From positions 533 to 64,532 of the forward strand of contig DATMPH010000026.1 of NCBI GenBank assembly GCA_035567755.1: a stretch of 64,000 nucleotides of DNA. Reading direction: 5' to 3'. The stretch is from Rhizomicrobium sp. (lineage in GTDB: Bacteria; Pseudomonadota; Alphaproteobacteria; Micropepsales; Micropepsaceae). This document shows positions 30,224 to 41,859 of the stretch, in pieces. How positions within the stretch are numbered: the first letter of the stretch is position 1; every line of letters starts with the position of its first letter. The notes under the pieces were generated by a model, which saw nothing but the letters and a program-made list of their open reading frames with translations, ran no database searches and had not been told where the DNA came from. A program made the position numbers and the translations under genes.

Positions 30224-32032
30224 TCATTGTCCGTGTCGGACAACACGTCCGCGCCCGCGCACACTGCGTCTGAGCGGGGCCGCGTGCAGAAGGTTCATAC
30301 CGGAATTGACGAGCGCCACATGTGAAAACGCCTGTGGAAAATTGCCGAGCATGCGTCCTGCTCGGGGATCGTATTCTTCCGCAAGGAGGCCGACATCGTT
30401 CGCGATCCTGACCAGTTTCGCATAGAGCCGTTCTGCGTCGCGCCGGCGGCCCTGCAGGATGTAATTGTCCACGAGCCAGAAGCTGCAGGCGAGAAAGGCG
30501 CCCTCCCCGGGAGGAAGACCGTCGATACCGCTTGCCGTTTCGTAGCGAAGCACGAGCCCGCGAAAGACGAGGCGCCGCTCGATTTCGCGAATTGTGTTCT
30601 TCATGCGCGGATCCCGCGCGGAGACGAACCCGACGATTGGCAGCAGGAGAAGGCTGGCGTCGAGCAATTCGGAACCGTAAGACTGCACGAAGCAGTTGCG
30701 CTTCGCATCGACGCCCTCGTGCAGAACTTCGCGGCGTATCGTGTCGGCGATACGCTTCCAGCGACCAAGCTGCCGCTTGCTGTCGCCGCCGTTCCGGGAG
30801 GCCCTGTCGAAGGCAACCCACGTCATCACCTTGGAATAGGTGAAATGCTGCCGCTGCCCGCGGATTTCCCAGATGCCTTCATCCGGCTCTCGCCACAATT
30901 GCTCGAGATGGCTCAAGACTGCGCGGCGCAACTCGCTACGGCGCGGCGGAGTCGGCAAGCCACCCTTTTGCGCCTGAGTCATCGCATCTGTCATCTCGCC
31001 ATATATGTCGAGTTGAAGCTGCAGCGCTGCGGCGTTGCCGACGCGCACCGGCGCGGAATTTTCGTAGCCGGGCAGCCATGGAAGCTGCCACTCGTCGAGC
31101 CGGCGCTCTCCCGCGACCCCATACAGCGTCTGGATCTGTTCGGGACTGCCGGCAATCGCACGGGCGAGCCAGTTTTGCCACGCGATTGCTTCTTCCATAT
31201 AACCGGCATTCATGAAGGCGAGCAGCGTGAATGTTGCGTCCCTCAGCCAGCAATAACGGTAGTCCCAATTGCGTGGGCCACCGATCTGCTCGGGAAGCGA
31301 AGTGGTCACGGCGGCGACGATTCCGCCCGTCGGCTGGTAACTCAGCGCCTTGAGCGCGATCAGGGATCGTTGAATACCGCGCGCCCAGCGTCCCTTGAAC
31401 TGGCATCGGTCCGACCATGACGTCCAATACTTGGTAGTTTCGGCAAGAGTTGTCTCGATGCTGAGCGATAACGGCAATGCGAGATGCGAAGGCGAATACG
31501 TAAGCACGAACGGGATTGTCTCGCCTTCGCGCACTATGAATTCGCCTTTCGTGCGCATGTCTTCACCATGGAGCGGGGTTGGAGTGCGCAGCATGAGAAG
31601 ATTGGGCCCGGCGACCGCCGTCAGCGTGCGTTCGTCGGTGCGGCTGACCCAGGGGACGGTGATCCCGTAGTCGAAGCGTATGACGAGATCGGTGTGCAGT
31701 TTGACTGTGCCCGCAATGCCTACCGCGAGTCTCACGATACAGGTGTGTTCGCTCCCGGTAGGCATGAAGTCGATCAGCATCGCTTCGCCCCTGGGCGTCT
31801 TGAATCGCGTTTCAAGGATCAAGGTGCCTTCGCGGTAGCGCCGCGTCACTTTCGCATCTTCAACAGGAGCGATCTGCCACCGTCCGTGATCGGAATTTCC
31901 CAGCAATGCTGCGAAACAGGCGGGCGAATCGAAGCGAGGCAGACAAAGCCAGTCAATGGAGCCGTCGCGACCAACCAACGCCGCTGTCCGCATGTCACCT
32001 ATCAGCGCGTAGTCTTCGATGCGTCCGGCCAT
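30224..32032 (-). CDS. glycoside hydrolase family 15 (trehalase/glucoamylase-like)
   Basis: IEDYALIGD, PRFDSPACF, NWDYRYCWLRD, QLDIYGE, PDEGIWE, GNFPQAFSH. Confidence 0.92.
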   Translation of the reverse strand: MAGRIEDYALIGDMRTAALVGRDGSIDWLCLPRFDSPACFAALLGNSDHGRWQIAPVEDAKVTRRYREGTLILETRFKTPRGEAMLIDFMPTGSEHTCIVRLAVGIAGTVKLHTDLVIRFDYGITVPWVSRTDERTLTAVAGPNLLMLRTPTPLHGEDMRTKGEFIVREGETIPFVLTYSPSHLALPLSLSIETTLAETTKYWTSWSDRCQFKGRWARGIQRSLIALKALSYQPTGGIVAAVTTSLPEQIGGPRNWDYRYCWLRDATFTLLAFMNAGYMEEAIAWQNWLARAIAGSPEQIQTLYGVAGERRLDEWQLPWLPGYENSAPVRVGNAAALQLQLDIYGEMTDAMTQAQKGGLPTPPRRSELRRAVLSHLEQLWREPDEGIWEIRGQRQHFTYSKVMTWVAFDRASRNGGDSKRQLGRWKRIADTIRREVLHEGVDAKRNCFVQSYGSELLDASLLLLPIVGFVSARDPRMKNTIREIERRLVFRGLVLRYETASGIDGLPPGEGAFLACSFWLVDNYILQGRRRDAERLYAKLVRIANDVGLLAEEYDPRAGRMLGNFPQAFSHVALVNSGMNLLHAAPLRRSVRGRGRVVRHGQ

Positions 32033-32039
32033 CCGCGCG

Positions 32040-32771
32040 TCAGCCCCCGGCAGAAGCTGCCCGGTCCAGGAACCAGAGAATCTCGCCGCGCGGATTGATG
32101 CGCGCAGCTGGAAGATTTTGGTCCCCCTTGCGCGTTGCGCTTACCGCGGATGCCTTGTCCGCGCCGGTCACGAGAAACGCGATTGTGCTGCTCGACTCGA
32201 TTGCCGGATAGGTGAGTGTGATGCGCGGCTCCGATCGCCCCTCAGTCACCGCCGCGACCCAGTGTTCCCGCTCGTCGAGTACGGGTTGTCCCGGCAGCAG
32301 GGAAGCTGTGTGTCCGTCGCTTCCCAGCCCCAGAAACACGATTTCGAACAACGGACGGGCAGGATCGAATTTGTCGGCACCGTAGATCCGCTTCAGCTGG
32401 GTTTCGTAGCGCTCCGCCGCGTCCGCTGGCGTGCCATCTGTGGGCATGGGATGCACGTGATCTCCGGCAATGGGTGCGTGAGACAGCAAAGTGTCCCGAA
32501 CCATTCCGTAGTTGCTGGCGGGATCGTCCGGTGACACGAACCGCTCGTCGCCCCAGAAGAGTTCGAGGCGTTGCCACGGGATTCGCCCAAGATACGGCTC
32601 CTGGCCCAGAAGAGTGTAGAGTTCTTTCGGTGTCGAACCGCCGGAAACCGCGACGCGTACGGAACCGGAAGCCGCGTTCACAGTCCGTGTGAACCATTCT
32701 GCGGCGTTTCTTGCCACTTCGTGCGCGTTGTCGAAGACTTGGGTCCGGATGCGCAGGGATGATGGAGGCAT
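32040..32771 (-). CDS. pgl: 6-phosphogluconolactonase
   Basis: SGGSTP, FWGDERFV, GLGSDGHTASL, RITLT. Confidence 0.93.
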   Translation of the reverse strand: MPPSSLRIRTQVFDNAHEVARNAAEWFTRTVNAASGSVRVAVSGGSTPKELYTLLGQEPYLGRIPWQRLELFWGDERFVSPDDPASNYGMVRDTLLSHAPIAGDHVHPMPTDGTPADAAERYETQLKRIYGADKFDPARPLFEIVFLGLGSDGHTASLLPGQPVLDEREHWVAAVTEGRSEPRITLTYPAIESSSTIAFLVTGADKASAVSATRKGDQNLPAARINPRGEILWFLDRAASAGG

Positions 32772-32781
32772 GATTGCTTCC

Positions 32782-34290
32782 CTAGCGAATGGCGCGCCAC
32801 GCACGTCCGTCGCGCGCGATCAATTCCTCTGCAGCCCGCGGTCCGGCACTGCCCGACAGATAGTTGGGGAATTCTTCCTGAGGTGGTGCCTTCCACGCCT
32901 TGATCAGCGGGTCCACCGCTTGCCATGACGCCTCGACCTGATCGGCACGCTGAAAGAGCGTGGCGTCACCCTCCATGCAATCGTAGAGCAATGTCTCATA
33001 GCCCACCGCCGGCGCCTGCTTGAACCAGTCTGAGTAGCGAAAATCCATCGCAACGCTTTCGAGCACCATTTCCGGACCCGGACGTTTGGCGCTGAACCTG
33101 AGACGGATCCCTTCATCCGGCTGGATTTGCAGGATCAGCCAATTGTCGTGGAGAGCGTCCACCGGCGTGTCGCGGAACAGCATGAATGGGGCATCCTTGA
33201 ACCGAATCGCGACCTCCGTCGAACGCCCTGGCAGGCGCTTTCCCGTGCGCAGATAGAACGGCACGCCGGCCCAGCGCCAATTGTCGATGCAAAGTTTCAG
33301 GGCGACGTAGGTCTCGACCGATGACCCGGAATCTACGTTGTCCTCTTCGCGATAAGCGCGAACGCTCTCGCCACCGATGGTGCCGCGTCCGTATTGGCCG
33401 CGGACAGCGTCTGTTTGAGCAAGCGGCTGGACGGCCCGGAAGACTTCGGCCTTCTTCGTGCGCACGGCGTCAGCGTCGAAGGACGCCGGCGGCTCCATCG
33501 CCGTCATCGCGACAAGCTGAAAGAGATGATTGGGCACCATGTCGCGCAATGCGCCGGTCGCTTCATAGAAACGTCCGCGCTCCTCGATGCCGATCGTTTC
33601 GGCGACGGTGATCTGCACGTGATCGATGCGGTCGCGATTCCAGATGGGCTCGAAGAGTCCATTCGCGAATCGGAGCGCCATGATGTTCTGCACCGTTTCC
33701 TTGCCAAGGAAGTGATCGATGCGGAAGATCTGGTTCTCGCGCAGATGCTTCAGCAAATCTGCATTGAGTGCCTTCGCCGATTCAAGGTCGTGACCGAAAG
33801 GCTTTTCGATCACCACGCGTCTCCACCCCCGGGACTCCCCGGTTAGTTGCGCGCGGTCGAGCGCATCCACGATCGGACCAAAAAACCGGTCGGGGACCGC
33901 AAGGTAGAAGAGAACGCAGCCATTCAACTGGTTTTGGCGGTCAAGCAGTTCCAGCTCTGACTTGAGGCGCTCGAACGTGCCGGCCTGCGTGAAGTCGCCA
34001 GAAACGTAAGACATCGAGGCGCCAAGCCTGTCCCACGATGTGGCGTCGATCTCGCCGGCTTCGAACTCGCCGCCACCCCCCTTGACCTGGCTGTCAAGAA
34101 AGCTGCGAAGATCCGTGCGCCACTTGGCGGCATCCGCTTCGTTATGGTCGACACCAAGGAGCGCGAAGCGCTCAGGCAGCAAACCCGACCTCGAGAGATT
34201 GTAGAGCGCCGGAACAACCAGACGTTTGGTGAGGTCGCCACTCGCGCCAAAGATCACCATCGCGCAGGGCGGTGCGCAACCGCGATTCAC
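32782..34290 (-). CDS. zwf: glucose-6-phosphate 1-dehydrogenase
   Basis: [46 protein letters not shown]. Confidence 0.96.
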   Translation of the reverse strand: MNRGCAPPCAMVIFGASGDLTKRLVVPALYNLSRSGLLPERFALLGVDHNEADAAKWRTDLRSFLDSQVKGGGGEFEAGEIDATSWDRLGASMSYVSGDFTQAGTFERLKSELELLDRQNQLNGCVLFYLAVPDRFFGPIVDALDRAQLTGESRGWRRVVIEKPFGHDLESAKALNADLLKHLRENQIFRIDHFLGKETVQNIMALRFANGLFEPIWNRDRIDHVQITVAETIGIEERGRFYEATGALRDMVPNHLFQLVAMTAMEPPASFDADAVRTKKAEVFRAVQPLAQTDAVRGQYGRGTIGGESVRAYREEDNVDSGSSVETYVALKLCIDNWRWAGVPFYLRTGKRLPGRSTEVAIRFKDAPFMLFRDTPVDALHDNWLILQIQPDEGIRLRFSAKRPGPEMVLESVAMDFRYSDWFKQAPAVGYETLLYDCMEGDATLFQRADQVEASWQAVDPLIKAWKAPPQEEFPNYLSGSAGPRAAEELIARDGRAWRAIR

Positions 34291-35300
34291 GATTTTGCGT
34301 CCGCGCGCGGTGCCGCGTTCTTCTCCAATTGTCCCTCCACATGTCCGCCGAACCTGGCGCGCAACGCAGAAAGCAGCTTGTCACCAAATCCGTGCTGAAC
34401 GCGCGAGCGGAAGCGGGCAAACAGCGCGGCGGTGAGCACCTGCGCCGGCACCGCTTCTTCGATCGCTGCGTTGATTGTCCACCGGCCCTCGCCGGAATCG
34501 TCGACGAACCCGCTGAACTCGGCGAGCTGCGGGCTTTCGGCGAGCGCCATCGACGCCAGATCGAGCAACCAGGAGGAGATGACGCTGCCGCGCCGCCATA
34601 CTTCGGCTATGTCAGCGAGATCCAGCTCGTAACGGTCCGCTTCGGGAAGGAATTCACCTCCCTTGCCGCGCAGGATCGCGAATCCCTCCGCATAGGCCTG
34701 CATGAGTCCGTACTCAATCCCATTGTGGATCATCTTGACGAAGTGTCCGGCGCCTGCGGGCCCAGCATGCAGATATCCCTTCTCCGGGCGCGGATCGCGG
34801 CCTTCGCGTTTGGGCGTTCGGGAAATATCGCCTGAACCGGGCGCGAGATCTCCAAACACGGGATCGAGACGATCAATCACGTCTTTCTCGCCCCCGATCA
34901 TCATGCAGTAGCCGCGTTCGGCACCCCAGATTCCGCCCGAAGTACCGACGTCGACATAGTGGATGCCTTTTGGCGCAAGTTTTTTTGCACGCCTTATATC
35001 GTCGCGATAGAAGCTGTTGCCCCCATCAATGATCGTGTCTCCACTTTGAAAAAGTTCCGAGAGCGCCGTAACGGTGTCTTCGGTGGGCTCTCCTGCCGGC
35101 AGCATCACCCATGCGGCACGTGGCGGGGCAAGCAGCGACGCAAGATCGGAGAGCACGCGGGCTCCTCTGGCGTGGAGCTTCTCCAGGCGCTCTATCGCCT
35201 GCACGTCGCGATCAAACACAACGACGTCATGACCGTGGTCGATCAGGCGATGGGCGATGTTGCCGCCCATCCGTCCCAGTCCGATCATGGCGATCTGCAT
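34287..35300 (-). CDS. gnd: 6-phosphogluconate dehydrogenase (short decarboxylating type)
   Basis: [32 protein letters not shown]. Confidence 0.94.
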   Translation of the reverse strand: MQIAMIGLGRMGGNIAHRLIDHGHDVVVFDRDVQAIERLEKLHARGARVLSDLASLLAPPRAAWVMLPAGEPTEDTVTALSELFQSGDTIIDGGNSFYRDDIRRAKKLAPKGIHYVDVGTSGGIWGAERGYCMMIGGEKDVIDRLDPVFGDLAPGSGDISRTPKREGRDPRPEKGYLHAGPAGAGHFVKMIHNGIEYGLMQAYAEGFAILRGKGGEFLPEADRYELDLADIAEVWRRGSVISSWLLDLASMALAESPQLAEFSGFVDDSGEGRWTINAAIEEAVPAQVLTAALFARFRSRVQHGFGDKLLSALRARFGGHVEGQLEKNAAPRADAKS

Positions 35301-35308
35301 GTCGTCTC

Positions 35309-38131
35309 CTACGCCAGCGCCTGTTCCATGGCCTTGCCGAGCGCATCAAGGCCGCCCGGAAGATCATGCAGATGCAGGCGGATGGCGCGGCGGCCACGTT
35401 CGTTGAGGACCTCAAAGTCGCCCTGCGCCTGCGCCAGTTCGACGGCGCCGAAGGTCAAATTGCGGTTCTCGATCGGCATCTCGTCCGAATGGTCGCAGGT
35501 GAGAGTGAGAAAGACGCCGCTGTTGGGGCCTCCCTTGTAGGCCTGTCCGGTGGAATGAAGGTAGCGCGGTCCAAATCCCAGACACGTCGCGACGTGTTTT
35601 CGGTCGCGCACCTTCATCCGAATGGCCTGCAACGTTTTCTCATGCTGCGGTGAGCGCTGCATATAGGCGAGGAGCGCGAAGTAGTCATTCGCCCGAACGC
35701 GCGCGAGATGGATTCGAAGACAGTCGGCGAGAGACCGCGCCCGGGAAATCTCGTCCCTGCACAGCGTGTCCGCGTAGACCGCAACGCCGTCATGCACAAA
35801 ATCCGGCCGCGCCGGTCGAGCGGATTCGGCGTGCTCGATGCGATCGGTCAATTGACGCGTGCGCTGCTTGCTCGCCTCGACATCGGGCTGATCGAAAGGA
35901 TTGATCGAGAGTACGGCGCCCGCAACGGCGACCGCCATCTCCCAGACAATGAATAGCTGCGCGATTTGATACGTGTCTTCGATCGCGAGGCGCAAGACGG
36001 GGTGGCCGCGGTCCTGCAGGTCCTGCAGCAGCGTGCCGCAATCGTCGTCGCCCGACAGATGAAGATAAACGAAAACCCGGTCGGCGCCGTAGGATTCCGG
36101 CCCGCTCAGGATTTCACCATCGATCGGAACAAGACCTTTGCCCTGCTTTCCGGTGGATTCGGCGAGCAATTGCTCCAGCCATGCGCCCATGCTGGCGATT
36201 GAGCGTGATGCGACGATCGTAATCTTGTCGCGCTTGAAATCCCGGGCGAGAACGCCCAGCGCCACACCGAGGCGAACTCCCGGATTGGCCGAAGGCGGAA
36301 CGAGGGCCTCGCAGCTCTGCGTCATGCGCGCGGCGTCTGCGAGGAGACGCTTGATGTCGAGACCGATCAGGGCGGCGGGTACAAGGCCGAATTTCGACAG
36401 CACGGAGAATCGTCCGCCAATTGCGGGATCGCCATGAAAGACGTGCAGAAATCCATTGCGCCGCGCCGATTCGTCCAATGGGGTGCCCGGATCGGTAATG
36501 GCAATGAAGTGCTTTGCAGCGGATCCGTTCGATGCGGTATCGCTCGTCAAGCGAAGAAAGTGGTCCTGAAGGATGTTTGGCTCGAGCGTGGTGCCCGATT
36601 TCGAACTGACCAGGAAATATGCGTCCCCGGGAGACAGTGCGCGCTCGACCGCGCGGATCTGGTCGGGATCCGTTGAATCCAGAACTGTCAGATGCGGCCA
36701 ACCCTGCCGATGACCGAAAGTGTCGCCAAGGACCTGGGCCCCCAGGCTCGATCCTCCCATCCCGAGCAGGACAACCTGACCGAGGTGCGCGCCCTCACTT
36801 TTCTGCGCCAGTGCGTCGAGCGGCGCCCGATTGGCGGCTTCGTGCCGCGCGATCTCGAGCCAGCCGAGCCAGCGATCCTCGTCGGCGCCCGTCCATAACG
36901 ATTTGTCATGCGCCCACAGACGGCGAATTTTTCCTTCGCGCGTCCAGAGCGCGAGTTCGGAATCTACGGCGTTCTGGGCATCGCCCAGGGAGGCCGTGAA
37001 ACGCAATAGCCTTCCGTTGAGAATCGTGGCGCGCTTTTCGGACAGGGCCGCGTAAAGCGCGTCTGCCGCTTCGGCAAATTTCTCGACCCCTTCGGTCACC
37101 AACTCGTCGGTTATCCTGTCAAGCGAGACGTTGACGGTTTGCAGACGCGCGAGCACGGTGCGTGCTTCCTCCACTCCGGCGTCCAGAGAGGCGGTCGGGT
37201 GGCCGTGATCGCGAAACGCACTCAGCGTTTCGAGCGGAATCGTGTTCACCGTGTCGCGCCCGATGAGTGCGTCGATGTAGATGGTGTCGGGATACGATTT
37301 GTTCTTGGTGCTGGTTGAAGCCCAGAGAAGGCGTTGCGGCCTCGCACCCTTCGCTGCCAGCTTCGCCCACCGTTCGCCGGTGAAGACCTGTTTGAAATAC
37401 TGATAGGCGAGTTTGGCGTTGGCAATTGCCGCTTTGCCCAGCAATGATTCGACGCTGCTGCGTGCTCCGCCGTCGTGTGCGAGCACGTTTTCCAGCTCGC
37501 CGTCGACCTTCGAATCGATTCGGCTGACGAAAAAGCTTGCAACGCTCGCAATCGAGTCGAGCCGGCTGTTGCGCGAGAGCGTCTCGAGGCCTGCCAGAAA
37601 GGCTTCGACAACCTCCTCATACCGGCTGCGTGCGAACAGAAGCGTGATGTTGACATTGATGCCTTCGCCGATGAGCGTGCGAATCGCCGGAAGGCCTTCG
37701 CGGGTGCCCGGAATCTTCACCATCAGGTTCGGCCGGCCGATTTCGCGCCAAAGGGCGCGCGCTTCGGCGACGGAAGCAGCCGTGTCATAGGCAAGATATG
37801 GCGAGACCTCGATGCTGATATAGCCATCCACCCCGTGACTCGTGTCGTAGACGGGACGCAAAGCATCTGCCGCGATCTGTATGTCGCGCACGCTCAGATG
37901 GCGAAAGATGGTGCCTACTCCGCAACCGTCGGAGACGCAGCGCTTGATGTCGGCATCGTATTCCGTGCCGTGGCTTATGGCTTTCTCGAAGATGGACGGG
38001 TTGGACGTCATCCCTTTGAGTCCATCCTCATCCAGCAGCTGCCGGAATTCCGCGCTCCCGAGAAATTCGCGGCTCAGAAAATCGAGCCAGACGGATTGGC
38101 CGAACTGCTCGAGCTGTCTCACGCGGTTCAT
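35309..38131 (-). CDS. tal-pgi: bifunctional transaldolase / glucose-6-phosphate isomerase
   Basis: [31 protein letters not shown]; then [33 protein letters not shown]. Confidence 0.93.
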   Translation of the reverse strand: MNRVRQLEQFGQSVWLDFLSREFLGSAEFRQLLDEDGLKGMTSNPSIFEKAISHGTEYDADIKRCVSDGCGVGTIFRHLSVRDIQIAADALRPVYDTSHGVDGYISIEVSPYLAYDTAASVAEARALWREIGRPNLMVKIPGTREGLPAIRTLIGEGINVNITLLFARSRYEEVVEAFLAGLETLSRNSRLDSIASVASFFVSRIDSKVDGELENVLAHDGGARSSVESLLGKAAIANAKLAYQYFKQVFTGERWAKLAAKGARPQRLLWASTSTKNKSYPDTIYIDALIGRDTVNTIPLETLSAFRDHGHPTASLDAGVEEARTVLARLQTVNVSLDRITDELVTEGVEKFAEAADALYAALSEKRATILNGRLLRFTASLGDAQNAVDSELALWTREGKIRRLWAHDKSLWTGADEDRWLGWLEIARHEAANRAPLDALAQKSEGAHLGQVVLLGMGGSSLGAQVLGDTFGHRQGWPHLTVLDSTDPDQIRAVERALSPGDAYFLVSSKSGTTLEPNILQDHFLRLTSDTASNGSAAKHFIAITDPGTPLDESARRNGFLHVFHGDPAIGGRFSVLSKFGLVPAALIGLDIKRLLADAARMTQSCEALVPPSANPGVRLGVALGVLARDFKRDKITIVASRSIASMGAWLEQLLAESTGKQGKGLVPIDGEILSGPESYGADRVFVYLHLSGDDDCGTLLQDLQDRGHPVLRLAIEDTYQIAQLFIVWEMAVAVAGAVLSINPFDQPDVEASKQRTRQLTDRIEHAESARPARPDFVHDGVAVYADTLCRDEISRARSLADCLRIHLARVRANDYFALLAYMQRSPQHEKTLQAIRMKVRDRKHVATCLGFGPRYLHSTGQAYKGGPNSGVFLTLTCDHSDEMPIENRNLTFGAVELAQAQGDFEVLNERGRRAIRLHLHDLPGGLDALGKAMEQALA

Positions 38132-40188
38132 GACTGGCTCCTTGCGCGGGCAATCTCGGCGCGCACCGCTTCCTCGACCGCCGCGGCGGTAATACCGAAA
38201 TGTTCATAGACATCGGCCGCTGGAGCCGAAGCGCCGAAGGTCGTCATGCCAATTCTGGCGCCGTCTCGCCCCACATAACGCTCCCATCCGATCGTGCTTG
38301 CGGCCTCGACGGAGACGCGCGCGCTTATATCCGGCGGCAGAACGCTGTCTCGGTAGCGCTGGGGTTGCGCCTCGAAGAGCTCCCAGCTGGGCATCGACAC
38401 GACGCGGACCGGGATCCCGGCGCTGCGCAGGGTTTCCTGTGTCGCAACTGCCAGAGACACCTCGCTGCCGCTGGCGATGATGATCGCCTGCGGCGCGGCG
38501 CCGTCCGGATCGGCAAGGATATAAGCTCCATGCGCAACGCCCCTTGCCGGTCCATATTTGCCGCGGTCCAGCGTCGGAAGTTTTTGTCGTGAGAGGACGA
38601 GGCACGCCGGGCGGTTGGTAAGCGCCATGATGACCCGCCAGCTCTCTGCGGTTTCGTTGGCGTCGCACGGCCTCAGCACCACGATGCCCGGAATGGCTCG
38701 CAGCCCGACGAGCTGCTCGACCGGCTGGTGCGTGGGACCATCTTCTCCCAGCCCGATCGAATCGTGGGTGAAAATGAAGATGCTCGGAATCTGCATCAGT
38801 GCGGAAAGCCGGATTGCAGCGCGCATATAGTCGCTGAAGATGAGGAACGTCGCGCCATAGGCGCGTATGCCGGAGAGCGTGAGTCCGTTGACGACGGTGC
38901 CCATCGCATGTTCGCGAATTCCAAAATGGAAATTGCGGCCACCGAATGAGCCCGGCTCGAAATCGCCTGCGCCGCTGATCAGTGTTTTCGTCGACGGCGC
39001 GAGATCGGCGGCGCCTCCCATAAGCCACGGCACCGAGGCGGCGATCGCATTCAACACCTTGCTGGCGCTGTCACGCGTGGCGACGCCCTTCTCGTCAGCG
39101 GGAAAGCTCTGAATCCCCGCGTCCCACCCGTCGGGCAGCCGATGCGTGCGCATCTGGTCGAGCTCGCGCGCCAGGTCGGGCTGCTCGTCCCGGTAGCGTC
39201 GCTCGAGCGCTTCCCAGTCGGCATGCAGTTTGGCGCCGCGGCTACCCACTCCGGCAGCGAAACGTTCCTTCACACCGTCGGGAACAAAGAAGCTTTTGTC
39301 TTCCGGCCAGTGATAGGCCCGCTTTGCGGCGCGCACTTCATCGGCGCCGAGTGCTTCTCCATGTGCCTCCTTGGTGTCCTGCTTGTTGGGCGCGCCGTAG
39401 CCGATATGGCTTCGCAGGATGACGAGTGAGGGCTGGCTCTTGGACGCCGCCGCAACGCTCAAAGCCTCGTCGATCGCAGCGGTATCGTTGGCATCGGCGA
39501 CGTGCTGCACGTTCCAGCCATAGGCCTCGAAGCGGGTGGCGATGTCCTCGTCGAACGTAAGCGCGGTGGATCCTTCGATGGTTATGTGGTTCTGATCGTA
39601 GATCCACACGAGATTGGCTAGCCGCAGATGTCCGGCGAGCGATGCGGCTTCGCTCGACACGCCTTCCATCATGTCGCCGTCGCTGCAGATCGCCCATATT
39701 CGATAGTCGAACAATTCGAGACCGGGGCGGTTGAAATGTTGCGCGCGCCATTTCGCTGCGATCGCCAATCCGACGCTCATGCCCACTCCCTGACCGAGCG
39801 GACCGGTGGTCAGTTCCACGCCGGTAGTGTGCCCATATTCAGGATGGCCGGGGCATTTGCTGCCCAGCTGGCGAAAGCGTTCGATGTCATCCAGCGTTAC
39901 CGCCGGACGGCCCGTGGCGTTGCCATCCGGATCGACATCGCGCACCTGTGCAAGGAAGAGCGTCGAATAGAGGAGCATGGAAGCGTGGCCCGCCGAAAGC
40001 ACGAACCTGTCGCGGGCAGGCCAGAGGGGATTTTGCGGATCGTAACGAAGATGCCGCTGCCACAAGGTGTAAATCAGTGGAGCAAGCGCCATCGGCGTGC
40101 CCGGATGACCCGACTTCGCCTTCTCCACGGCATCCATTGAAAGCGTGCGGATCGTGTCGATGCAAAGCTTGTCGATTTGATCCGGCAT
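38128..40188 (-). CDS. tkt: transketolase
   Basis: SGHPGTPM, RDRFVLSAGH, SDGDMMEG, FGIREHAM, THDSIGLGEDGPTHQP. Confidence 0.96.
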   Translation of the reverse strand: MPDQIDKLCIDTIRTLSMDAVEKAKSGHPGTPMALAPLIYTLWQRHLRYDPQNPLWPARDRFVLSAGHASMLLYSTLFLAQVRDVDPDGNATGRPAVTLDDIERFRQLGSKCPGHPEYGHTTGVELTTGPLGQGVGMSVGLAIAAKWRAQHFNRPGLELFDYRIWAICSDGDMMEGVSSEAASLAGHLRLANLVWIYDQNHITIEGSTALTFDEDIATRFEAYGWNVQHVADANDTAAIDEALSVAAASKSQPSLVILRSHIGYGAPNKQDTKEAHGEALGADEVRAAKRAYHWPEDKSFFVPDGVKERFAAGVGSRGAKLHADWEALERRYRDEQPDLARELDQMRTHRLPDGWDAGIQSFPADEKGVATRDSASKVLNAIAASVPWLMGGAADLAPSTKTLISGAGDFEPGSFGGRNFHFGIREHAMGTVVNGLTLSGIRAYGATFLIFSDYMRAAIRLSALMQIPSIFIFTHDSIGLGEDGPTHQPVEQLVGLRAIPGIVVLRPCDANETAESWRVIMALTNRPACLVLSRQKLPTLDRGKYGPARGVAHGAYILADPDGAAPQAIIIASGSEVSLAVATQETLRSAGIPVRVVSMPSWELFEAQPQRYRDSVLPPDISARVSVEAASTIGWERYVGRDGARIGMTTFGASAPAADVYEHFGITAAAVEEAVRAEIARARSQS

Positions 40189-40249
40189 GATGCTGTGTGC
40201 GAATCCAGCCTTGGACGGCATATCGCGGAACCGGACAGCCGAAAACTCC

Positions 40250-40274
40250 AACGTGCGGACGTTGCGATAGTTCC
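40250..40274 (-). promoter_or_regulatory. EcfG/SigT-type promoter GGAAC-N16-CGTT heading the tkt operon
   Basis: Exact consensus about 60 nt upstream of the tkt ATG. Confidence 0.7.
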
Positions 40275-40620
40275 GGGCATGACGGCAAGCCCGGATTTGG
40301 CAAACTCCGGCCCAAAGCGTCTGGTCCGCTCTGCGATGCGACTGTCGTTCTCGCTTTCGCGCGCGCCTCGACGGGTCCCTGGGATCCGGTGAGCCTCCCC
40401 AACAGCTGGCCGCCGGTTGCGCCTGGGTGCGGTTCTGGAACTGCGGAATCGGCTTCAGGACGGTTCGATTCCCGCCAAAACCTGTGGCCCGTCCGCCACA
40501 GAAATGGCGAGGAATTCATTGGATGCGGCGGCCCCGTCTGGTAAAGTTATTAACAGGAGCGCGGGCAAACAAAACCCGACTTCATCGAACCGCGGGGAAT
40601 CCGTGCGCGCAACACCGGTC

Positions 40621-41742
40621 ATGGCGGCAGCTTTTGCTGCCACCCTTCTTTGGGGTGGCCAGCTGGCGTGCGCCGCAATGGCTGGCTCGAATTCGGGCTG
40701 GTTCTATACGACGCCGGGCGGTGATGCGGAAGGATTGTCTGCGGCGCCGGATCTGCCGTTGGGCATCGACCTGGAGAGCGCGCCCTCTGCCTTCGGCTCG
40801 ACTTCGCTTTTTGGCCCAGTCAGGCTTGTTGATCGGCTGACACCGAACATTGCGTTCGAGTTTGGCTACGATGCTGATTTTGGCGCGCCATCCGCTTTCG
40901 CCGGCGGTGGCGCGAACACCACCAGCAGCGGGCTGTTTCCGTTCGCATCGATTCTCAATTCGCCTTATGCCGCGCTCGGCGACCGCGAAATGTACGTCTC
41001 AACCACAATCGGCGTGGGCGACGGATTGAGCTTCAGTCTGGGCGACTCGATGCTCAATCCCGATCAGGGAGCGCTCGCTGCGCCGCTTCTCTATCCCGCC
41101 CAATCGTCAACCGGCCTCGCATATGATCCGCGCGAAGCCAATACTGTGCTCGCGGGTGCGAATTGGAAATTTGCACCATGGGGCGGAATAGGTCTCGTCG
41201 CGGCGCACAGCGTTGAGCGCAACGATTTTCTCGCTGCGGCGCCTGCCGGCGGTCTTTCGATTGCCAAATCCGCTTCCGCGAGCGGACTCGGACTCTCGGG
41301 CCGCATCGGATTGGGCAGTGGGTGGATAACGACCTTTTCCTACAATGAGGCTGTGACCCAACTCGATCTGCGTCCCGGCGGGAACACTCTTGCTTCGGTG
41401 GATCTCCACAACCGCTCTTATGGTCTTGCCATAGCGAAGCATGGGCTGTTTGGCGACGATTCGATTGGCCTCGCCGTTTCGAGGCCGCTCGAAGCCGCTT
41501 CCTCCGGCATCGATCTTGGCGCGGCGTCAATCGCCGATCCCTTCGACGGCTTGATGGCGGAGGCAACGCGTCCGCTCCTCAGCGGTCAAGCTCAGCAGAC
41601 GGATTTCGAACTTGGCTATGTGACATCATTCATGGACGGCACTCTCGCGCTGCAGGCCAATGCCGGCTACCAGATGAATGTGGCGGGCCAGAGCGGAAAC
41701 AACGGCGTTGCGGTTTTATCGCGCGCCAAGATCAATTTCTGA
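40621..41742 (+). CDS. hypothetical outer-membrane beta-barrel-like protein (start uncertain)
   Basis: Signal-like N-terminus, alternating amphipathic strands, C-terminal ...SRAKINF. Confidence 0.55.
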   Translation: MAAAFAATLLWGGQLACAAMAGSNSGWFYTTPGGDAEGLSAAPDLPLGIDLESAPSAFGSTSLFGPVRLVDRLTPNIAFEFGYDADFGAPSAFAGGGANTTSSGLFPFASILNSPYAALGDREMYVSTTIGVGDGLSFSLGDSMLNPDQGALAAPLLYPAQSSTGLAYDPREANTVLAGANWKFAPWGGIGLVAAHSVERNDFLAAAPAGGLSIAKSASASGLGLSGRIGLGSGWITTFSYNEAVTQLDLRPGGNTLASVDLHNRSYGLAIAKHGLFGDDSIGLAVSRPLEAASSGIDLGAASIADPFDGLMAEATRPLLSGQAQQTDFELGYVTSFMDGTLALQANAGYQMNVAGQSGNNGVAVLSRAKINF

Positions 41743-41859
41743 GCGTCATTTCCTGCGGCGACGATCCGACGGCCATAGACCGGCGCCGGAGATGTTTGCG
41801 GTGGTGGACGCGTTTCGCTAGAACCCCGCGCCCTTCCGCGAGTGCAAGAGGAACACGCC

